IMG/VR virus record: IMGVR_UViG_3300045988_124525
Location: 1 to 58,303 of that record
DNA length: 58,303 bases
From: a virus
Strand: one strand, 5' to 3'
Shown here piece after piece: positions 1-8,257 of this stretch. Every line of letters begins with the position of its first letter. Position 1 is the first letter of the stretch. The notes under the pieces are model-generated. The model saw only the letters and a list, made by a program, of their open reading frames with translations. It was not told the origin of the DNA and searched no databases. Both the position numbers and the translations under genes were made by a program.

Positions 1-38
1 AACGATGCCAAGATAGGATCATCCGGCAACGATGCCAA
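1..38. repeat. Terminal direct repeat identical to 58266..58303 (circular-assembly overlap)
   Basis: aacgatgccaagataggatcatccggcaacgatgccaa is present at both ends. It lies inside a 27-nt tandem array, so the exact overlap length is ambiguous. Confidence 0.8.
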
Positions 39-261
39 GATAGACAGCACAGGCGAAGGCTGTGTCATCATGTGCGCAGGTATTAACTCTGTAGCAAAAG
101 CCTCAAAAGGATCATGGATAACATTATCCGAATGGTCTTATTCTGATAAAAAGCAAAGATATATCCCCGTTTGCGTAAAAACGGAATTTGTTGATGGGGA
201 GAAGATAAAGGCGGATACATATTACAAATTAGCTGGAGGGGTATTTAAAGAAATACAATAG
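1..261 (+). CDS. 3' part of a DUF7666-like tandem-repeat protein; the ORF opens at 57741 and crosses the circular junction
   Basis: Frame 1 is open from nt 1 (NDAKIGSSGNDAKIDSTGEGCVIM...KEIQ*). It is in phase with 57741..58303 once the 38-nt terminal overlap is collapsed. Confidence 0.7.
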   Translation, partial: NDAKIGSSGNDAKIDSTGEGCVIMCAGINSVAKASKGSWITLSEWSYSDKKQRYIPVCVKTEFVDGEKIKADTYYKLAGGVFKEIQ

Positions 262-290
262 TCCCAAGGCATTGCTTATCGGAGGATCGC

Positions 291-413
291 ATGAGAGACA
301 TCTACATCAAAGACCCCGACGGCGAACCGGAGTACGACGGGGAGGAGGACAACGAGGAATATGAGGAGAGCATGGAAGAGCTTAGGTTCCTGTTTGATTC
401 TTATAATTGGTAA
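291..413 (+). CDS. Hypothetical small acidic protein (40 aa)
   Basis: ATG at 291 preceded by ggagga. MRDIYIKDPDGEPEYDGEEDNEEYEESMEELRFLFDSYNW*. Below the ORF-track cutoff. Confidence 0.3.
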   Translation: MRDIYIKDPDGEPEYDGEEDNEEYEESMEELRFLFDSYNW

Positions 414-414
414 A

Positions 415-571
415 CCTGCCCTTACGAGGTGCAACCCCGCCCCAGACCGGCAACCGATATCCTAGACAAGTGGTAGGCCATGACGATATCATTGGCCCGG
501 TGGAAAGGGACACGGTAATAAGGGCAGGGCGGCCGATGGTCTTAGTCCGGGTTCGACTCCCGGAGGCTGAC
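415..571 (+). ncRNA. Structured RNA candidate ending in a tRNA-like T-arm
   Basis: 10-bp long-range helix cctgccctta(415-424)/taagggcagg(519-528). Inner helices gatatc(456-461)/gatatc(485-490) and ccc(496-498)/ggg(507-509). It ends with ccggg-ttcgact-cccgg (547-563). No 5' acceptor partner was found, so it is not a canonical tRNA. Confidence 0.4.
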
Positions 572-591
572 GAATTTAAATACACGATAAC

Positions 592-1266
592 ATGGACAAA
601 TCAGAAGAGATTGACAAATTAGCGATAGCGTTGGCCAAGTTCCAAGGATCGCTAGAGCAACCAAGCCTCAATTCCGAGGTTGAGGTAGAAACTAAAATGG
701 GAGGAAAGTACAAGTTTAAATACGCAGACCTATCCGAATGCAAAAGGGCGGCGAAACAACCATTAGCTGAAAACGAACTTGCTGTATGTCAGCTAATAGA
801 GGATGATTACTCTATCCGTACCATACTGCTTCATTCCTCCGGTCAATGGATATCGTCCAAGGTAAGGATGCCATCTAATACGGCGAACGCTCAATCCATC
901 GGATCGGCCATCACGTACGCCAAGAGATACGCCTTTTGCGCCATCCTAGGCATCGTGGCTGACGATGACGAGGACGCTAACATAGCGAGCGGTAATTCCG
1001 CCCAAAAGGAGCAGCCTAAGGAGCAGCCTAAAAAAACGGCAAACTCCAGAGTAAAGAAAGAGCTTACGAGAGATCATCTAAACAATGAGAGCGCAATGAA
1101 ATCCATATCGGAGTGGCTATACAATAAAGAGAAGATAGCCAAGGAGGCCAACCAGCCATTCTCCGTAGAAAGCGTTATCAGCAATGCTTACATTATAGGA
1201 AAGGTAGAGATGGATTCTTTCGTAGAGATATATAACAACTATAAAATAAACAATAACCTGTCATGA
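592..1266 (+). CDS. erf: ERF-family single-strand annealing recombinase
   Basis: KYKFKYADLSEC...GSAITYAKRYAFCAILGIVADDDEDAN is the characteristic ERF core. Confidence 0.85.
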   Translation: MDKSEEIDKLAIALAKFQGSLEQPSLNSEVEVETKMGGKYKFKYADLSECKRAAKQPLAENELAVCQLIEDDYSIRTILLHSSGQWISSKVRMPSNTANAQSIGSAITYAKRYAFCAILGIVADDDEDANIASGNSAQKEQPKEQPKKTANSRVKKELTRDHLNNESAMKSISEWLYNKEKIAKEANQPFSVESVISNAYIIGKVEMDSFVEIYNNYKINNNLS

Positions 1267-1742
1267 GCAAAGAACTAGAGCTAAGCGGCAAGACCCCGCT
1301 AACGAAAAGCGATATCGAGGCTTTATCAGTAGACCTTTTGAACCCGGTACTAGAAGGAGAGGTAGATCCCGTATCACACGTCGTCAAGTTAAAGGCGATG
1401 CAAGAGACCATCAAGAGGACGCTGGACGATGACCGGATGAAGGACGCCGTCCTTTCCGAGATCGAGAAATACGGGAAGGAGCGCTCTTGGAACGGGGCCA
1501 CGGTCAAGATAAAGGAGACAGGCGTATCCTACGACCACTCCAATTGCAATGATCCGGTCTACGCTAGGCTGATCGAGGAAAGGATGCTTCTCGATGCCAA
1601 GATAAAAGAACGGGAGGCGTTCCTGAAGACGGTGCCGGATAATACCACGGTCGTTGATGACGAGACCGGGGAGATATACACGATCCATCCGGCGATAAGG
1701 ATGGCTAAGATGTCATACTCTATAACATTCAACAAAAAATAA
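1263..1742 (+). CDS. Hypothetical protein
   Basis: 159-aa ORF with an ATGA overlap onto erf. Operon context. Confidence 0.6.
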   Translation: MSKELELSGKTPLTKSDIEALSVDLLNPVLEGEVDPVSHVVKLKAMQETIKRTLDDDRMKDAVLSEIEKYGKERSWNGATVKIKETGVSYDHSNCNDPVYARLIEERMLLDAKIKEREAFLKTVPDNTTVVDDETGEIYTIHPAIRMAKMSYSITFNKK

Positions 1743-1839
1743 TCCACGCATGCCGTGGCTACGGGACGGTGGTTATCCCCGCCGTAGCGAATAACCGACC
1801 GCCCCGCTTATAAATCTAAAATTTAAAATCATAAACATT

Positions 1840-2145
1840 ATGGCGAATTTATACGGCTCAATCTGCTTGAGCGACATACCGAAGGAGTTGATGAAAAAAG
1901 TAATGACGGCCAAGGGAGAGAAGATCTTCCTCAATATCTCGATCGGGGAGAAAAAAGAGCCTGTCACGTTCGACAACCGCACCTATACGCATTATGTGTC
2001 TTGCGCCCCAAGGAAAGAGGAGCGAAAGGAAGGTGTTTATTACGGCATAGGTGACTTGATGGAATCCACGTTCAAGAACAACATCCCCTCACCGGAGGAT
2101 ATCAACAACGCCCCATCGGTCGATGATTCGGATCTCCCCTTTTAA
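1840..2145 (+). CDS. Putative single-stranded-DNA-binding-like protein
   Basis: C-terminal acidic tip DDSDLPF resembles the SSB DDDIPF tail. It sits next to the ERF recombinase. Confidence 0.45.
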   Translation: MANLYGSICLSDIPKELMKKVMTAKGEKIFLNISIGEKKEPVTFDNRTYTHYVSCAPRKEERKEGVYYGIGDLMESTFKNNIPSPEDINNAPSVDDSDLPF

Positions 2146-2147
2146 TC

Positions 2148-2582
2148 ATGGAACTATACTTGCTCAACACCGCCAGCGGATTGAGGCCATGCTATGATTC
2201 CGACTATGACGAGAAGAAAAAGCTCAAGCTAGGCAAGATCTACAAGGCCAAGATAACGCTGGCACGGAACATAGATTTCCATAGGAAGTATTTCGCCTTG
2301 ATAAATTGCGCATGGTCTTACCAGAACGAGAAGACCACGGCGCATTTCAAGGAGAGCGTGGAGTGCTTCCGGAAGACTGTAGAGATCGCCGCCGGGCATT
2401 GCGATACGGCCTATAGTATATCACGTAAGGAATGGATAGAGATCCCGAAGTCGATAGCCTTCGACAAGATGGACGAGGCCGAGTTCATGGATCTCTACGA
2501 GCGTGTGAAGGACGTGCTTTTCTCGGTATTCCTTCGGGGGATATCAGAATACGATTTCATGAGAAACCTATCTAATTTTTAG
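2148..2582 (+). CDS. DUF1367-like phage protein
   Basis: ARNIDFHRKYFALINCAW motif and size resemble DUF1367. Assigned from memory only. Confidence 0.4.
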   Translation: MELYLLNTASGLRPCYDSDYDEKKKLKLGKIYKAKITLARNIDFHRKYFALINCAWSYQNEKTTAHFKESVECFRKTVEIAAGHCDTAYSISRKEWIEIPKSIAFDKMDEAEFMDLYERVKDVLFSVFLRGISEYDFMRNLSNF

Positions 2583-2584
2583 TC

Positions 2585-2758
2585 ATGAGAAAAAGCGACA
2601 GGCCTCCAAATTACCTTATCAATAAGATCGTGAGGCATGCAAACATTATTATTACCGCTCCTTATGGCAGCGTCAAATACATGGATGCGGCCAGACTCCT
2701 TAAAAAGGAGGTCAAGAAGCTGGAAACCTATAAGATATACGATAATGAGAGATCTTAA
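2585..2758 (+). CDS. Hypothetical small protein (57 aa)
   Basis: ATG lies 3 nt after the preceding stop. MRKSDRPPNYLINKIVRHANIIITAPYGSVKYMDAARLLKKEVKKLETYKIYDNERS*. Confidence 0.35.
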   Translation: MRKSDRPPNYLINKIVRHANIIITAPYGSVKYMDAARLLKKEVKKLETYKIYDNERS

Positions 2759-2945
2759 ATACTGCCTCAATGAGGCTTGCTTTAAAAGACATTGCCTCTG
2801 TCATCAACGACAAAAGCATTGGAAAGACCCGTCTAAAAAAGATGGGGAAACTGTAAGGCCGGAATCGGTCTTACTTGACGGGAACACCCCTTGTAAGGGG
2901 TATGTCCCACAATTTGAAAGGAGAAAATACAACATTAAATATTAA
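2745..2945 (+). CDS. Hypothetical Cys/His-rich small protein
   Basis: Internal ATG of ORF 2637..2945 (MRDLKYCLNEACFKRHCLCHQ...). The upstream part is an implausible extension. Confidence 0.35.
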   Translation: MRDLKYCLNEACFKRHCLCHQRQKHWKDPSKKDGETVRPESVLLDGNTPCKGYVPQFERRKYNIKY

Positions 2946-2949
2946 GGAT

Positions 2950-3411
2950 ATGAAATTGATAATCAACAAACCAACCCAATTTGAAGCAATATACTTGAAA
3001 GTAGATGCAGGTGTACGTTATTGGGAGGACGCAAAAATAAACGGAGTAAGCGATATTGAAAATCCGCCAACTATCCCTTGTGCCGAATTTATAGGTGACA
3101 AGAATCATATCTTAATTGGGCAAAATTATCGTTGGCGACCGCTCATTGACATTGAAACAGGGAAGATCATCAATTGGGAGAATGGGTTTAATGCTGACGT
3201 TCATTATAAAGTATGCGATGATTTTCAGTGCGATATTCTTGATAAAGACATGGATGTCATTGAATCTTACGATGGGTATGTTCCTAAAGTTATGTGTCCT
3301 AAAGATAATGGCTACGGCGATTACATCATCATGGATATTGACGAAAACGGATTTATCCAAGGATGGAATAAAGAATTGGTTAGAAAATTAGCGAAACAAG
3401 AGGAGGACTGA
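2950..3411 (+). CDS. Hypothetical protein
   Basis: MKLIINKPTQFEAIYLK... is the likely true start inside ORF 2875..3411. Confidence 0.55.
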   Translation: MKLIINKPTQFEAIYLKVDAGVRYWEDAKINGVSDIENPPTIPCAEFIGDKNHILIGQNYRWRPLIDIETGKIINWENGFNADVHYKVCDDFQCDILDKDMDVIESYDGYVPKVMCPKDNGYGDYIIMDIDENGFIQGWNKELVRKLAKQEED

Positions 3412-3414
3412 TTT

Positions 3415-3795
3415 ATGAAAGCACTGTTTAAAATGAATTTTGACTACGGAAGAAGCGGTAGTCTTGAAGGGTTGTTTATTGCCGAAAAAGAGCATATAGA
3501 TTACCTTGTAGAACATGAACTTGAGGTGTATTTCGGTGAAGTATTGGGTAAACATTCAGAAGTGTGTGGTCCTGTAGCCCCGGAAGAGATTACGATGGTA
3601 ACAACTGATAAAAATGTGTTGAACGTAATAGAGCAGTTTAAATTAGAGAATGGGTACAATCCTTTGGAATACACCCTATGTCCTTACCCCAAAGATGGAG
3701 AAGTGGATATTTGCTTCGACGATTGGACTGCCGAGGATTATATAAAGTGGGAACTTACACAGGTTAAACCAAGCTGGTATAAGAAGGAGGATTGA
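3415..3795 (+). CDS. Hypothetical protein
   Basis: 126-aa ORF, tightly packed in the operon. Confidence 0.6.
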   Translation: MKALFKMNFDYGRSGSLEGLFIAEKEHIDYLVEHELEVYFGEVLGKHSEVCGPVAPEEITMVTTDKNVLNVIEQFKLENGYNPLEYTLCPYPKDGEVDICFDDWTAEDYIKWELTQVKPSWYKKED

Positions 3796-3797
3796 TT

Positions 3798-4529
3798 ATG
3801 GCAATGCACAATTGGTTTGAATGTAAGGTCTCTTACGAGAAAATGCTGGAAAATGGCACGCAGAAAAAAGTAACCGAGCCTTACTTGGTAGACGCCCTGT
3901 CTTTTACGGAGGCGGAAGCTCGCATCACCGAGGAGATCCGCCCCTTCATCACGGGTGAGTTCACGGTAACAGACATTAAACGAGCTCGTTTATCCGAATT
4001 ATTCTTCAACGAGAATGGTGACCGGTTCTATAAGATCAAGGTTTATTTTATCACGTTGGACGAGAAGAGCGGAGCGGAAAAGAAAACCGCCGCACAAATG
4101 CTTGCCCAAGCCACTACGCTGAAAGAGGCCATCGCCGTATTGGAAGATGGAATGAAGGGTACATTGGCGGATTATACCATCGCCTCGGTAACGGAAACCC
4201 AGTTGATGGATGTATTCCCGTTCAACGCGGATGTCAATAAGAGAGTTGTAGATATCGATAAAAAAGAGATAGAGAAATCATTGTCCGACACCTCTAAATC
4301 AATAGAGGATAAGATGAGAGAGTGCAAGGATATCATAACCCGTGATCCCAAGGAAGGGGACGGAGATCTCATTACGAGAACGCAATCCTTCATCAGGCAA
4401 AAGGCCGGGCATGACAAGAGCAAGTTCAAGGAGGCCGCAATAGAGATCGCCTTGCTCCAGAAATCGCCAGCTTCCCAAGTATGGTTCATGGGATGTGGAC
4501 AGCTATTAATCGAGGAGTTGGAGGTTTAA
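3798..4529 (+). CDS. DUF4494 domain protein
   Basis: NWFECKVSYEKMLENGTQKKVTEPYLVDALSFTEAEARITEE matches the Bacteroidota DUF4494 signature as I recall it. First ATG after the TTG at 3792. Confidence 0.6.
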   Translation: MAMHNWFECKVSYEKMLENGTQKKVTEPYLVDALSFTEAEARITEEIRPFITGEFTVTDIKRARLSELFFNENGDRFYKIKVYFITLDEKSGAEKKTAAQMLAQATTLKEAIAVLEDGMKGTLADYTIASVTETQLMDVFPFNADVNKRVVDIDKKEIEKSLSDTSKSIEDKMRECKDIITRDPKEGDGDLITRTQSFIRQKAGHDKSKFKEAAIEIALLQKSPASQVWFMGCGQLLIEELEV

Positions 4530-4543
4530 TAAATAAAAAGATC

Positions 4544-4723
4544 ATGAAGAAATTTATCAACAAACACTGGATATTGATATTGGCCATAGCCTTTATTCCG
4601 GTAGGGAACAGAGTTTTTAACCATGTTGACGCATGGCTAGGAATAGTCATTATGTTAACTAGTTCATTATTTATAATTTACAAACTATTTAATTTTATCA
4701 AGAATGAAAAGGACAAGTTTTAA
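4544..4723 (+). CDS. Small membrane protein (2 TM)
   Basis: MKKFINKHWILILAIAFIPVG...GIVIMLTSSLFIIYKLF. Overlaps the start of the SPFH gene. Confidence 0.5.
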   Translation: MKKFINKHWILILAIAFIPVGNRVFNHVDAWLGIVIMLTSSLFIIYKLFNFIKNEKDKF

Positions 4724-5516
4724 GTTTTTTACTATAGCGATAATCGCTATGGTATTTTTATCCTCTTGTGAACGTGTAGCACCTAATTACGCTGGGGTAT
4801 TGATGGAAAATTACGGGAAACAAGGGAAGGAGGATTTCAAGGTCGTATCGGGCAGGGTTTCAACTTGGGAATGGGGCACGGAATTATTTCAAGTCCCGCT
4901 ATTCGACCAACGAGGCGAGTTCGGAAGCCCTGTCACGTTAAAAGCCGCAGACAATACGGAGTTTAACGCACGCCCCACTTACTCCTACAAGGTTATCAAA
5001 AACAGGGCAATAGACGTTGTTTTCGATAACAAGCACATAGACAAGGCCGATACGGAATCAGGCAAAGACGGTTTCATGCAATCATTGGAGGATAACATAC
5101 TAGAACCTCGCATCTATGACCTGATCAAGGAGGAAAGCCGTAAACATAAGACCGATAGCTTAATGGCAGACGGAGGTTCTCTTCTTTTTGAGAAGCGCCT
5201 TGAGCAGATTGTAGATAAGGAATTCGAGAAAAGAGGTCTTCAATTACTCACATTCTCAGCGCAATTAGAGTTTTCCAAGGCGGTTCGCGAGAAAATTGAT
5301 AGTAGGAATGAAGTTAACACCAATATTTCGGTTTTAGACCAGCAGATAGCGGAGCAACGGAAACGCAACGAGTTGGAGCAATTGAAAACGGAACAAGCGT
5401 TAATCACCTCGAGAGGATTGACTAAAGAAATTCTTTATAAGCAGTTTATCGACAAATGGGATGGTCGTACCCCCATTTATGGAGCGATACCCGATTTAAT
5501 AAAGATTCAGAACTAA
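4704..5516 (+). CDS. SPFH/band-7 (prohibitin-like) lipoprotein
   Basis: Lipobox FLSSC. SPFH-like core followed by a coiled coil (QQIAEQRKRNELEQLKTEQ). Confidence 0.6.
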   Translation: MKRTSFKFFTIAIIAMVFLSSCERVAPNYAGVLMENYGKQGKEDFKVVSGRVSTWEWGTELFQVPLFDQRGEFGSPVTLKAADNTEFNARPTYSYKVIKNRAIDVVFDNKHIDKADTESGKDGFMQSLEDNILEPRIYDLIKEESRKHKTDSLMADGGSLLFEKRLEQIVDKEFEKRGLQLLTFSAQLEFSKAVREKIDSRNEVNTNISVLDQQIAEQRKRNELEQLKTEQALITSRGLTKEILYKQFIDKWDGRTPIYGAIPDLIKIQN

Positions 5517-5575
5517 GGATATTAATATTAGAGTGTGTTTTTCATGGTATTAGATTTGGGTTAGTTAATGATTAT

Positions 5576-5602
5576 CCCCGCCGTCCGTGAGGATATGCGG
5601 GG
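5576..5602 (+). promoter_or_regulatory. Conserved GNRA-capped hairpin, copy 1
   Basis: ccccgc-CGTCCGTGAGGATAT-gcgggg. The 17-nt core ccgtccgtgaggatatg is identical at 57305-57321, with a different but still complementary stem. Confidence 0.5.
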
Positions 5603-5607
5603 ATTTC

Positions 5608-5685
5608 GGGCGGTAAGTATTCCGGGATGAAACGTTACGGAGTGCGCATGACGTAAAGAGGCCGGTTCGATCCCGGCACCGTCCA
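5608..5685 (+). ncRNA. tRNA-like element (acceptor plus T-arm, non-canonical D and anticodon regions)
   Basis: Acceptor gggcggt/accgtcc (one G-U) plus A73. T-arm gccgg-ttcgatc-ccggc. The central arm acgtt/gacgt encloses a 13-nt loop. No canonical D-arm. Confidence 0.4.
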
Positions 5686-5705
5686 CGAATAACAAACATA
5701 TAATC

Positions 5706-5840
5706 ATGGGAACAATACAAGATTTAGATCACTTGACAATGGCCATATACCTTATCACCGCAATACTCGGACTTATAGCAGTGATCTTGGCAGGATTCTT
5801 ATTAATAAACGAAAAAAGAAAACATCCATGGGAAAAGTAA
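5706..5840 (+). CDS. Hypothetical small membrane protein (44 aa)
   Basis: MGTIQDLDHLTMAIYLITAILGLIAVILAGFLLINEKRKHPWEK*. One TM. Overlaps the ninG start. Confidence 0.4.
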   Translation: MGTIQDLDHLTMAIYLITAILGLIAVILAGFLLINEKRKHPWEK

Positions 5841-6244
5841 AGAACATAACCTCTTTAAAGAACAGACTAGACCGTATATTCTCCGTATTTATAAGAATAA
5901 GGGATGCTGACAACAACGGTTATTGCCGTTGCATAAGCTGTGGGAAGATCGTGCATTGGAAAGAGGCAGATTGCGGACATTTCGTCAACCGGTCACATAT
6001 GGGTACCAGATACAGCGAGAGAAACTGCAACGCTCAATGCAGGTCTTGCAACCGTTTCGACGAGGGCAACAACATCGGTTATGCCAAGGGCTTGATAAAT
6101 AAGTATGGCATAAAAGTAATTAACGAGCTTGAGGTGAAAAAGCACTCTATCTCTAAACTCTCGGCATTCGATTACCAATTGATGATCGAAGATTACAAGA
6201 AACGAATAAAGGATTTGAGGGATCAGAAAGGCATAAAGGATTGA
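5828..6244 (+). CDS. ninG: NinG/Rap-family recombination endonuclease
   Basis: CRCISCGK...ADCGHFVNR...NAQCRSCNRFDEGN is the lambda NinG pattern. Confidence 0.8.
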   Translation: MGKVKNITSLKNRLDRIFSVFIRIRDADNNGYCRCISCGKIVHWKEADCGHFVNRSHMGTRYSERNCNAQCRSCNRFDEGNNIGYAKGLINKYGIKVINELEVKKHSISKLSAFDYQLMIEDYKKRIKDLRDQKGIKD

Positions 6245-6246
6245 AA

Positions 6247-6402
6247 TGGCTAAGAAGAAAGACGAGCAAGAAAAGGTGAAATGTGGCGATTGCGCCAACG
6301 GACATCCTCACAAGGGACTAGCTGTATGGTGCATAGTGCTAAATACTGGAAGAGTCGCTAATAGTCTTAGGTTTTGCGATGTATTCAAAAGAAAATTATG
6401 AT
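6247..6402 (+). CDS. Hypothetical small Cys-containing protein (51 aa)
   Basis: MAKKKDEQEKVKCGDCANGHPHKGLAVWCIVLNTG... Starts 3 nt after the ninG stop. Confidence 0.35.
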
Positions 6403-6440
6403 TACATGATATAAACAACATGCTTATGGAGAATTAGCGT

Positions 6441-7307
6441 ATGGATACAAGGAAAGAGCTGACAAGCTATTTTCCGCACGATAGCAATGCCAGAAACTCG
6501 GATAAGCTGATTCGTTTACGAATGAAGCATAAGGCCGCCGGATATGGTGTTTTCTTCATGATATTAGAACGTCTTAGAGAGGAGCCAAACTATATGAGTG
6601 TCAAAGATTATAACATGATAGCCTTTGACCTTCGTGAGGACGCATCCTTAATAAAGTCCGTCATTGAGGATTTCGGGTTATTTGTCTTTACCGAGGACGG
6701 TAAGTACTTCTACTCCGAGAGTTTCAAGCAAAGGATGGGATTCAAGGACGAGAAATCAAGAAAACGATCAGAAGCCGGGAAGTTAGGCATGGCTAAAAGA
6801 TGGGGAAATAACAATGTTATAACAAATCCGCAAAATAACGATAACAATGTTATAACAAAAACGGATGAAATTATAACAAGAAAAGAAAAGGAAAGGAAAG
6901 GAAATAAAAATAGAGAGAGTCTTAATACGCGTGAGACGCTTTTCGATAATTTCAAGAATGAGTTATTGAAGGACGAGGAATGGCGCAGATACGCTTGCCA
7001 GATATCGGGATTGAGCGTCGCTTTCAATGACCTCATTCCCGGCGAGCTGGATAACTTCCTAGCTTGGATGGTATCCACCGGGGAGGGCGATACGCTAAAA
7101 ACGATAGATGACGTTAAGAGACGATTCACCTATTGGTGGCAAGGAACAGGACTAAGGGCTTATAATCAAAGATATGGAGGAACAAGAAAAGAAACTTTCG
7201 GAGGCTATACAAGCCATGCGGGGGCCTACGGAAAAAGAGAGGCTCCAGCAAAAACAGGTGTTCAACCTAGTGAAGAAGCACGCAAGGACTATACAGAACG
7301 TTTCTAG
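6441..7307 (+). CDS. DUF4373-type replication initiator / replisome organizer
   Basis: YFPHDSNARNSDKLIRLRMKHKAAGYGVFFMILERL is the DUF4373 N-terminal signature. It precedes the helicase-loader ATPase. Confidence 0.7.
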   Translation: MDTRKELTSYFPHDSNARNSDKLIRLRMKHKAAGYGVFFMILERLREEPNYMSVKDYNMIAFDLREDASLIKSVIEDFGLFVFTEDGKYFYSESFKQRMGFKDEKSRKRSEAGKLGMAKRWGNNNVITNPQNNDNNVITKTDEIITRKEKERKGNKNRESLNTRETLFDNFKNELLKDEEWRRYACQISGLSVAFNDLIPGELDNFLAWMVSTGEGDTLKTIDDVKRRFTYWWQGTGLRAYNQRYGGTRKETFGGYTSHAGAYGKREAPAKTGVQPSEEARKDYTERF

Positions 7308-7962
7308 GTACGATCTCTCGGACGATACGGAGTACATCAGCCACGCCCGGATGATAAAGGCGCTAGGTTGTAATTACCTAGGGATCGAGAGGCGGCAATT
7401 CGAGACAGACAGGGGGAATGACAAGGTTTTGAGATTCCTGTTGTATTATTTCAACGATTGCCCGTTGGCCGAGTCCGTATTCCCGGAGGAGAACTATAAG
7501 CTGCACAAGAACCTCCTTATCGTGGGAGATCCGGGAACGGGCAAAACGCTCATGATGCAGATATTCGCCGATTACCTGAAATTGACGGATAACCCCAAAC
7601 GCTTCGTGAACCTATCCGTGACCCAGATGATGAACTATTACAAGATCCATGGTCACATAGACAGGTTCACGTACAACGAGGAGGCCGGGAAAGGGAGCAT
7701 GGAAGGGAACCCGTTCGATATCTGCCTTAACGATATCGGTCTTGAGACGGAGAACCAGAAAAGCTACGGCACCAGCCTTAACAGCGTAATAGACGAGTTC
7801 CTATACGCGAGGTACGAGATATACCAGTCCCATCAGAAGAAGTATCATATCACTTCCAACCTATCCGTCACGGATTTCAAGAATCGGTTCGGAACTAGGC
7901 TGGTGGACAGGTTCAAGAGTTTTAACGTGATAATCCTAAACGGAGAAAGCAGGAGAAGATAA
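7174..7962 (+). CDS. DnaC/IstB-like AAA+ helicase loader
   Basis: Walker A LLIVGDPGTGKTLMMQ. The start is uncertain: it overlaps the previous ORF by 134 nt, and an alternative ATG is at 7216. Confidence 0.7.
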   Translation: MEEQEKKLSEAIQAMRGPTEKERLQQKQVFNLVKKHARTIQNVSRYDLSDDTEYISHARMIKALGCNYLGIERRQFETDRGNDKVLRFLLYYFNDCPLAESVFPEENYKLHKNLLIVGDPGTGKTLMMQIFADYLKLTDNPKRFVNLSVTQMMNYYKIHGHIDRFTYNEEAGKGSMEGNPFDICLNDIGLETENQKSYGTSLNSVIDEFLYARYEIYQSHQKKYHITSNLSVTDFKNRFGTRLVDRFKSFNVIILNGESRRR

Positions 7963-7963
7963 C

Positions 7964-8197
7964 ATGGAAATAACAGACAGATTAAGGAACACCCCTACCG
8001 GGTTCACGGTAAAAGTAGGGGAAATAAACGTGCAGGTATTGAGATTCAAGCCATACCTCAATACCAAGGCAACGGTTTGCAGAGGATGCGTCTTCCGGGA
8101 CGATGGAGCGAGATTCTGCGAGTACAGCAAGGCTTGCATGGCCCATCTGAGGCCGGATCACGAGTCGGTGGTGTTCGCTAAAACAAATAAGGTTTAA
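7964..8197 (+). CDS. Hypothetical protein
   Basis: 77-aa ORF directly after the loader gene. Contains CRGCVFRDDGARFCEYSKAC. Confidence 0.5.
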   Translation: MEITDRLRNTPTGFTVKVGEINVQVLRFKPYLNTKATVCRGCVFRDDGARFCEYSKACMAHLRPDHESVVFAKTNKV

Positions 8198-8257
8198 TCA
8201 TTTATCATAGTTGAATACCGTATTCTCTATGATGAGAGTAAATAAAAATCAAATATT

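Noticed and set aside
415-571. Hammerhead-like motifs (CUGACGA at 566-572, GAAA at 503-506), and the possibility of an intron-containing tRNA
   Set aside because: The motif order is wrong for any hammerhead permutation (GAAA precedes CUGANGA) and the flanking helices are absent. No 5' acceptor strand complementary to aggctga exists upstream, so it is not a tRNA.
7174-7307. 134-nt overlap between the DUF4373 initiator and the DnaC-like loader as evidence of a frameshifted fusion
   Set aside because: Both ORFs have plausible independent starts (an alternative ATG at 7216), and the two domains are usually separate genes. It is more likely start-site uncertainty.
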